Assembly: GCA_977018835.1 (NCBI GenBank)
Contig: OZ361256.1
Location: forward strand, 6,448,001-6,512,000
DNA length: 64,000 bases
Origin: Minutocellus sp. GHC0000111
Taxonomy: Eukaryota
Direction of reading: 5' to 3'
Shown here one piece after another: positions 57,176 to 64,000 of the stretch. Numbering within the stretch: position 1 is the stretch's first letter; every line of letters begins with the position of its first letter. The position numbers and the translations under genes are program-made. The notes beneath the pieces are model-generated. The model ran no database searches and was not told the origin of the DNA. It worked only from the letters and a program-made list of their open reading frames with translations.

Positions 57176-58318
57176 ATGTTCGACATGTTCGGTGGTGGAT
57201 CGCCCGACCAATGCCAGGAGGGCAATTGGGAAGGTCACAAGTATGGCGCTCTGTTTCGTGCAGTCGCAGAGGGCGATGAATACACCCTCCGTTCTCTGTT
57301 CCGTGAGCCCCGATACAAAAACAGGGGTGACATCGTTGATGGTGACAAGTGCGGTTTGCTCGTGACGTTGGCGTGCAAGCCCCGTGTTGTGCGCGATAAG
57401 GAGCATGCCAAGGAAATTATCCGCATCATTCTCGACAATGGAGGAGACATCGATCAACGAAATTCCGTTCAGGAGACCGCCCTTGGATTCGCCGCTCATT
57501 ACAATCACATGAAGATCATTGCTGCTCTGGTGGAGTGTGGGGCCAAGGTAAACGTGAAGGACTGGAAGGGTACTACGCCCGTGGCGGCCTGTAAAAAGGG
57601 TTCAATAATGGGTAATGAGGACGAGGATGAGCAGAGGCGTTGCTTGGCCTACCTGGAGGAGCACGCGGCCAAGGAATTGAAGGAGACCGGTGCTCTCGCC
57701 AAGGCGAATCAGGGACGTCAGAGGGGAAACAACTTTTACATGAAGGGCAAATACGAGCAGGCGATTGCAGCCTACAAGCAGTCACTCAGCGATTATGAAG
57801 ATCATCGAACGTATGGCAACTTGGCTGCAGCTGAGCTCAAACTGGCCAATCGCAAACTTTTTGGTGAGGAGCGGCTATCCGGCTATCGCAACTTGTTCAT
57901 GAGTGCAGCCAATAGTGCTGGAAAGGCAACTCAGCTTCAGAAGGACTACCCCAAGCATTGGTATAGAAAGGCCAAGGCATACGCGGGGTATCGAGATATG
58001 CCCAGGGCCAAGATGTTTTTGAAGGAGGGGTTGGAAGCCTGCAAGAATGTGGATGATTCCGAGGAGCTGAAGCCATTGCAAGAAATGTATAACGAACTTG
58101 CTGATTTGGGAGTTTCCGATTCCTTCCGCAATCGCATGAGCGAAAGCTTTGAAGAGCTGTATGCTAAGTTGCAGATGGGTTGGAAGGATGAGATACGATG
58201 CCCGTACTGCCATCTCATCGTGTTGCACGAACCGCTCCCGGACTCGTGCCCTTTCTGCTGTTGCGACCCAAGGAATGAAGTCGATCAGGAAAGAATGGAT
58301 GAAATAATCCGCTTCTAG
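57176..58318 (+). CDS. Ankyrin + TPR repeat protein with C-terminal CxxC..CPxC
   Basis: ETALGFAA..LVECGAKVN.KD..G.TP; RGNNFY..GKYEQAI..Y, YGNLAAA, K.WYRKA. Confidence 0.82.
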   Translation: MFDMFGGGSPDQCQEGNWEGHKYGALFRAVAEGDEYTLRSLFREPRYKNRGDIVDGDKCGLLVTLACKPRVVRDKEHAKEIIRIILDNGGDIDQRNSVQETALGFAAHYNHMKIIAALVECGAKVNVKDWKGTTPVAACKKGSIMGNEDEDEQRRCLAYLEEHAAKELKETGALAKANQGRQRGNNFYMKGKYEQAIAAYKQSLSDYEDHRTYGNLAAAELKLANRKLFGEERLSGYRNLFMSAANSAGKATQLQKDYPKHWYRKAKAYAGYRDMPRAKMFLKEGLEACKNVDDSEELKPLQEMYNELADLGVSDSFRNRMSESFEELYAKLQMGWKDEIRCPYCHLIVLHEPLPDSCPFCCCDPRNEVDQERMDEIIRF

Positions 58319-58781
58319 ATCTAATTCACATTCGAACATAAACATCACCTGTAGTCAATGCTTTGAATACCGCAACTTAATAACTTACAAGTGCGAGCAT
58401 TCAATACATGTAGATCTACCGGTACATCAAGTTCTGTGTGGTAGATCTAGACTAGCTACACTCCTCTACTGCAGTTGGCTTCAAGAGAAGCGTACATGTA
58501 CATGTACAGCATGTACTAGTAGACTCTACATGTAGACGGTACTTGTGCAAGCCGCTCAGTGGTCGGTCCCACGCGTGGTCCACTGTCGGGGTTGCCGCAT
58601 GACGCGCAAACCACGTCGCGGAAATGAGCCCGAATGAACGGTACGAGTGTCATTTTTCACCGTTCGCCATGGGACAAAGGCCATCCCTTTGGACTGTTTT
58701 CACTGTATTATTCATCAGCTACTACCACAAACCGCTTGCGAATGCCACCGAAATCAGAGGACGAAGAAAGAGAAGCAAACA

Positions 58782-59600
58782 ATGCTGCCGGTGTCCGGTG
58801 GAAGGGCGAGAATCGCGGACATGAACAGTGATTTGGCTGTGATCATCACGCATCCATGGGGTCCATTGGGGGGGAACATGCACAATAATGTTGTGATATC
58901 GGCGGCCATGTTCTTCCAAGCCCTGGGAGTAACGACATTGAGGATGGACTTTGCTACTAGCCAAATCTCACGTGGATACAAGGAAGTGGATCAAGTCGTC
59001 GAGGCCGCCAATTTCGTCTTATCCGGTCAACACAAGAATGACAATGGACCTGGTTCGCATTCGGAGAACGACGATGGGGGACGCTCCTCCGAGGCATCGA
59101 ATCAAATACGAAATCCAACGTCCGTACTACTGGTGGGTTACAGCTATGGGTCTCTCATTGTCGGATCAGCCTCAGCCGGCATCCCGGCATGCATTGGCTC
59201 GGTATCAGTAGCTCCACCTGTGGACTTCAAGAACTGGCTTCTCCTCTTCAATGCTGGACATCACGTTCGTCAGGCCCAGAAACGAAAGACTCTTCCGCGC
59301 CTTTTTGTGATTGGAACGGAAGATAATTTCAGCTCGCAAGAAAGCTTCCGACGTTTTGTTGATGGGTTCCCCGATGATTCCACGTCTGCAGCTCTTATCA
59401 AACATTCCGATCATTTCTTCAATGGCAGTGAGAAGGACCTCATGAACGTTGTGGGACAATGGCTTCTTACAACGTATGAAGAAGTGCTTGGTGGAGACTT
59501 GAAGAGGCTCGGCACGGAAGTTCTGTCCAAGTATGCGGATGAAAGCTCCTGTGTATCAACTGAAAGAGAAGAAGAATCCTCTTATAGATGCTTCACATGA
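58782..59600 (+). CDS. Alpha/beta hydrolase superfamily protein
   Basis: HPWGPLGGNMHNNVV, GYSYGS, G.EDNF, DHFF; start codon uncertain. Confidence 0.85.
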   Translation: MLPVSGGRARIADMNSDLAVIITHPWGPLGGNMHNNVVISAAMFFQALGVTTLRMDFATSQISRGYKEVDQVVEAANFVLSGQHKNDNGPGSHSENDDGGRSSEASNQIRNPTSVLLVGYSYGSLIVGSASAGIPACIGSVSVAPPVDFKNWLLLFNAGHHVRQAQKRKTLPRLFVIGTEDNFSSQESFRRFVDGFPDDSTSAALIKHSDHFFNGSEKDLMNVVGQWLLTTYEEVLGGDLKRLGTEVLSKYADESSCVSTEREEESSYRCFT

Positions 59601-59702
59601 TCTTGGAATCTCGATTTTGAGGTGGCTAATATTTAAGTTAAGTTGTGTGTTAGGCTGTATTCTCTATCAACTGAGCCTATTACTGCTTAGTTGCTATCGT
59701 AC

Positions 59703-62069
59703 TCAGGAGAGATGTGTCTCTTGATACTGGCTGGGGCAATCTGGGACCAAATTATCGGCAGCAACATCGTCATGCTTCTTGTCCTTTGGCGATTCTGGGA
59801 TGCTGTCGAGAGGGAAGTGGTACTTTTTCATATCCTCCGACGAGAGGGACTTGCGGCTGCTTATGCGCCTCACAAAGTTCCTCCACTCCTTGTTGTCCAC
59901 CATCGACAGCTGAATGCCCGCCGATATCATCATCAACGTCGACACTGCCGCAAATGCCGTCGTGAATGGCACGTAGTTCGTCGAGATTACGCCCAACGCC
60001 ACGGCGATGTTCACAATCACTCGAAGCATCGTCATCACGGAGCAAACAGACGACGTTGGCATGTAGATCGATCGAATCACACCTTCACAGGGCATGTACA
60101 GACCCACCATGAACTCATACACCAAAAACGACAACAAAGATATACTGAACGAGTATTCGCCATCTGCTGGCACCAAGTACGGCACCATCAACAACCCTGC
60201 GCAAGCCAAATACACTCCCGTCGCCAGAAACTCCACAGCGGCCGGCTTCACCTCGCCTTCGCCATCAATAATGATGGTATCACGACGACGCAATCCAGCT
60301 CGCCGATCATGATCACGGACCAAGTAGGTTGCCACTTGACGCACATACGGCTCCGACAGACCACCGGCGACGCCACACGCCATGAATGCACCAAAGATCA
60401 CACCATACGCCGGCTCACCATTGCCATCCAGACCAAGGACATTCGACGGAGCATTGGCAGCAAACCGAGCCAACGCTGGAGACCACAGAAACACAAACGT
60501 CTGCAACGACCCTTCCGTTAGACCCTGAATCAAACCAATGCGAGAGATGTTCGTATCCGTCACTATCGTCTCGAACGCACTCGACATGTACCCACGGACG
60601 CTCTGCACGCCCGGCACATCGCTGCCGTAGTTCTCTCGCCACATGGTCGATACCAGCACCAGAGCGATCGCCGTGCACGTCACGGCGCCCTCAAACGGCC
60701 CCACAGGACCAAACTTCACAGCCAAGAACTCCGCCAAAAAGCCAGATGCAATCGCCGCCAGGTTGCTCAAAATCACCGAGTCGCGCAATATCGTCTCCAG
60801 CTTCTCCTCGGCGTAGCCCCGGCGGCGATGCTCGGTGACCAACCAGCTCTCAAAGACAGAAAACAACAGATTGGTCGTGATGCCGCCAATCACACGGCTC
60901 ACAATCAGACCGTAAAAGTACGGAAACTGCTCCAACCAATTGATGAACATCTCCAGCGAGCAGTACAGCATGGCCGCCTTCTTCCTTCCAATCTTGTCCA
61001 CGAACGGACCAATAAAGGGCGACGTGACGGCACCCGTCAAAAAGCCCAGACAGTACAACGATGCGACGGAGTAGCCGTATCCCTCATACAGGACGTACAG
61101 GTGGGTCCCCTGAAGTCCGTCGGCCAGCATGATGGCAATGTGAACGATGAGGTAGTTGATCCGGAAGGTCGAGAAGGACATGAATTGGTGGTTTCCCTTC
61201 GTCATACCGCTTGTCTTTGTTGTTGTTTCTGACACGTTTGCGTTATCGGTCACGTAGTCATTTGAATAGTCTCCACCCTGTGAGTATGGAAGAAAATGTT
61301 TGCCCTTATCATCTTCTGCTGTCTTGCCAAGGCGGCGACGGCGCAGAGCATTTTCCGGCGATAATGTTGGTATCGCGAGTTGATCTGCCGATGAAGAGGA
61401 ATCAATGTCGGGCATATAAATATTGGACGTGCTCTCCGAAGTTTTCCGCACAGGGGTGCTCAGATAGGTTTCGTTCCAACCCAAAGGTGAGCGGGCCGAG
61501 AAGGGACGGCCGATGCGCCTTCGGCGGCGGATGAGGGGCCCTACCTCGTCGGCACGGTACCCCGAGGGCGATTTCGACCCATCCGGCTGAACCACCGATG
61601 TGTAGGACATCTTGCCCTTTCGGTTGGGTGGCAACGGAGGTCCCTGCTGCAGCTGTTCTTGAGGAGTTTCGCTGCCCTCTGAAGCTTGCGCGGGCAACTC
61701 GTGCAGTTCTTGTTTCTTTTCTTGTGTTGGAAATTTTTCGCATTGGTCTTGGCTGGGCTTGGGCGTTGAAATTTCATCGGCATCTGTTAGGGCGGAACCC
61801 GCAGGCAAAATAAATGTCGCCGTTTTCTTCTTCTCAATCTTATCAGCAACGCACTTCTTGATAATCAAATCTTCTGCAGCGGAAGGCGTAGGAGTAGTTC
61901 TTTCTTCGAAGCTCTTGCTCAAGTTGAGAGACAGGGTGTAATCTCGTGGAGGCTCACCTCGGCCGCCAGTTGTGCTGGGGCTGCCATTGCCATTGCCGTT
62001 GCCGATGCCGCTGGTCGGCGGGGAGTCCTCCCGGGGCCGAGATCGGAACGCACGCCTTCGAGGAGGCAT
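59703..62069 (-). CDS. MFSD5: MFSD5/MOT2-family MFS transporter, copy B
   Basis: Same core as copy A with different N- and C-termini. Confidence 0.88.
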   Translation of the reverse strand: MPPRRRAFRSRPREDSPPTSGIGNGNGNGSPSTTGGRGEPPRDYTLSLNLSKSFEERTTPTPSAAEDLIIKKCVADKIEKKKTATFILPAGSALTDADEISTPKPSQDQCEKFPTQEKKQELHELPAQASEGSETPQEQLQQGPPLPPNRKGKMSYTSVVQPDGSKSPSGYRADEVGPLIRRRRRIGRPFSARSPLGWNETYLSTPVRKTSESTSNIYMPDIDSSSSADQLAIPTLSPENALRRRRLGKTAEDDKGKHFLPYSQGGDYSNDYVTDNANVSETTTKTSGMTKGNHQFMSFSTFRINYLIVHIAIMLADGLQGTHLYVLYEGYGYSVASLYCLGFLTGAVTSPFIGPFVDKIGRKKAAMLYCSLEMFINWLEQFPYFYGLIVSRVIGGITTNLLFSVFESWLVTEHRRRGYAEEKLETILRDSVILSNLAAIASGFLAEFLAVKFGPVGPFEGAVTCTAIALVLVSTMWRENYGSDVPGVQSVRGYMSSAFETIVTDTNISRIGLIQGLTEGSLQTFVFLWSPALARFAANAPSNVLGLDGNGEPAYGVIFGAFMACGVAGGLSEPYVRQVATYLVRDHDRRAGLRRRDTIIIDGEGEVKPAAVEFLATGVYLACAGLLMVPYLVPADGEYSFSISLLSFLVYEFMVGLYMPCEGVIRSIYMPTSSVCSVMTMLRVIVNIAVALGVISTNYVPFTTAFAAVSTLMMISAGIQLSMVDNKEWRNFVRRISSRKSLSSEDMKKYHFPLDSIPESPKDKKHDDVAADNLVPDCPSQYQETHLS

Positions 62070-62659
62070 TGTTGCAACTTGCTACGTAGCAGGAAGCAGG
62101 CAAATAGGTCGTCGTTGGTCCCTTGCTCACAATTGCCAAATCGGCATATGCTCTACCTAGGTACTCGAAAGGTCCGCGATGTGTTTCGACGGTTTGTGCC
62201 CTACGTCATCCGCATTGAAGGGCAAAGGTCAGGGGTCTCCCACATATTGCACGACGCCGCACTGGCTGCTGACATGATGAGAGAGCGAGATACCAGTTAA
62301 AGTCCTATCTAGATCTAGCTCTAAGAAGTCGATCCCTAGGAACCATATGCTACCGTTCTATTTTGTTTTGTCTATCTTTGTGGGATTCCTACGTAGCTAC
62401 ATGTAGGATTTTGTTCTTTGCTGCAATCCAAGAAGGCAAAATCAAAACCAGCAGCCAAAAAAAGGCAAAAAGGGAAGGGGGGGGACAGGCGGCGAGACAA
62501 AGGCCGAGGCCCTTATCTTTGTTGAATAATCGGGAGTGGATTCATTTGTTATGTTGCTGTAAGCCACCTTGAACAGAATGGAAACTTCAAAATACATAAA
62601 CATTGTATTTTGATTTGATTTGGTCGTGTGGAGTGGCGGGAATGAGGGTCGTGCACGAG

Positions 62660-63073
62660 CCCAGAACTTATCCAAGGCCGAATGGGGGATGTCGACAAAC
62701 TTGGAAGCAGTTCTCGATCTCATTCTCGGCCAAGTGTCCCCAGGACGATTTGCCTTCGACGCTCTTCATATTCTCGGACATGCATTTTGACTATGCCTGC
62801 TGCAATGCCAAGACGGACACGCTGTACAAGATCATGCGACGGAAGTACCTCAAGCACAACTACCAGATGCCGAACGTCGTATTCTGGAATCTGCGGGCTT
62901 CCTGCGGAGCGCAGTGCCCGGTGACGATGGACGAGGCTGGGACGGCACTTGTTTCGGGCTTTTCCGCGGAGCTCCTCAAGCTATTTTTAGATGGCGACGA
63001 ACTTGTCCCCATGACTGTGATGCGCAAGGCAATCGAACCGTACTCAGCCGAGGTGGAGGAGTCAGAGATTTGA
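62660..63073 (+). pseudogene. C-terminal fragment of a DUF2828-type (vWA-like) gene
   Basis: AEWGMSTNLEAVLDLIL in one frame, then LFIFSDMHFD..Y.MP.VVFWNLR..PVT....GTALVSGFS..LLKLFL in another; no N-terminal domain upstream. Confidence 0.72.
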
Positions 63074-63185
63074 TACTGGAGAGGGACGGGCGGTAAATAT
63101 GTAATGAGATATCAATATGAAATATATTGAATGTAAATAATATTCAAGGGATCGTTATCTTCTTACCTTTCCCAACATTTGACTT

Positions 63186-63971
63186 CTATTCACTTTCGTC
63201 GTCGCTTTCCTCCTCTTCACTACTGCTGCTCTCACTCAAATTCATGGTGGCCGGTACCTCTCTCCTCCGACTGGTGGCTGATGCTGCGGCAGCCGCCACG
63301 GCCTTCTGCCTCGCCTCTCGTTCACTTTGCGCCTGTCGCTGCCGTTCCTTTCGGGCAGCCTCCTCCTCCGTCTGCGGTACCTTGCCCTCCTCTCCGACCA
63401 TGTCCTCACGTTCGTGCATAACGTCCAACTCCCGACGCTTCGGGTCGACGACAGCTGTACCGGCTTCCTCATCAGCGTCCTCCATCTTCGCGTCGCCGTC
63501 TTGGTCCGCCGCCTCTTCAGCGGCAGCCCTTCGTTCTTTTTCCGTCTCCTCGCTCCTCTTCTTTTGTTTCCTCTTCTTGTTCTCCTGCTCCTCCCGAGCG
63601 GCCTTGCGCTTCCTCTCCCGATCCTCTTGGGCCTGCTGCAGCTGCAGCGCCGCTAGCTGACTGCCCCGGAGCTGGTGCGGGAGGGGATTGGGCGTGACGA
63701 AGCCGTAGATGGGAACATTGGGATTCCACCCACTCGGTGCGCTGGTCCGATCGGCGTACGTCCGGGCCACGGCCAGGACCGTATTGACCTCCTCCATGGA
63801 CTGAGGTGTCGGGAGGAGCAGGGGGTCGGTCGAGTTGGGAAGGTACCGAGAGGTCTTGTCGAGGGTCTGTGTGAGTCGGCGCTCGGCCTCGCTGAGGCGG
63901 GCCACTGCCGAGAGCATATTGCCGTTATTGCTATTGCCGCTGCTGGCACTTTTTGTTGGCCTGCGGGGCAT
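63186..63971 (-). CDS. MED4: Mediator subunit Med4-like protein
   Basis: A..YA.RTSAP.GW.P......TP.P....LR...L motif and acidic tail. Confidence 0.65.
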   Translation of the reverse strand: MPRRPTKSASSGNSNNGNMLSAVARLSEAERRLTQTLDKTSRYLPNSTDPLLLPTPQSMEEVNTVLAVARTYADRTSAPSGWNPNVPIYGFVTPNPLPHQLRGSQLAALQLQQAQEDRERKRKAAREEQENKKRKQKKRSEETEKERRAAAEEAADQDGDAKMEDADEEAGTAVVDPKRRELDVMHEREDMVGEEGKVPQTEEEAARKERQRQAQSEREARQKAVAAAAASATSRRREVPATMNLSESSSSEEEESDDESE

Positions 63972-64000
63972 GGTGGTAATGCAGTATGGTGGTTACTGCG

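Larger units (their letters stand above)
52461..61192. repeat. 1327-bp near-perfect inverted repeat (52461-53787 / 59866-61192)
   Basis: The transmembrane-coding cores of the two MFSD5 copies; only two mismatches seen (52484, 52570). Confidence 0.95.

Overview
Gene-dense eukaryotic nuclear DNA, almost certainly from a diatom: short GT-AG introns, bipartite signal-peptide + 'AF' plastid presequences, diatom-type orphan domains and a CoDi-like Ty1/copia element. It holds about 27 host genes (Vac14, HSD17B10, DNL-zinc finger, Dbp5, SPOUT1, Sen2/34, NudC, eIF2-alpha kinase, a glutaredoxin-fused selenocysteine thioredoxin reductase, a TFIIB-like protein, Vps16, APC2, Med4, two MFSD5/MOT2 paralogs), a full-length copia element (14402-20629), an adjacent degenerate repeat and a candidate MITE. 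The main signal is that the transposon DNA, but not the host genes, carries directional, both-strand TpA->TpG/CpA hypermutation. Conserved Tyr codons become His/Cys, all 4 LTR-LTR differences fall at TpA, and RTAY tetramers are depleted. This is the mirror image of fungal RIP. It is patchy and co-occurs with clustered 4-7 bp tandem duplications, and it may reflect an undescribed adenine-directed genome defence. The element also shows a Tf1-like self-priming PBS, an in-frame gag-pol UGA and a Tudor-like domain after integrase. All counts were made by eye; no database searches were run.
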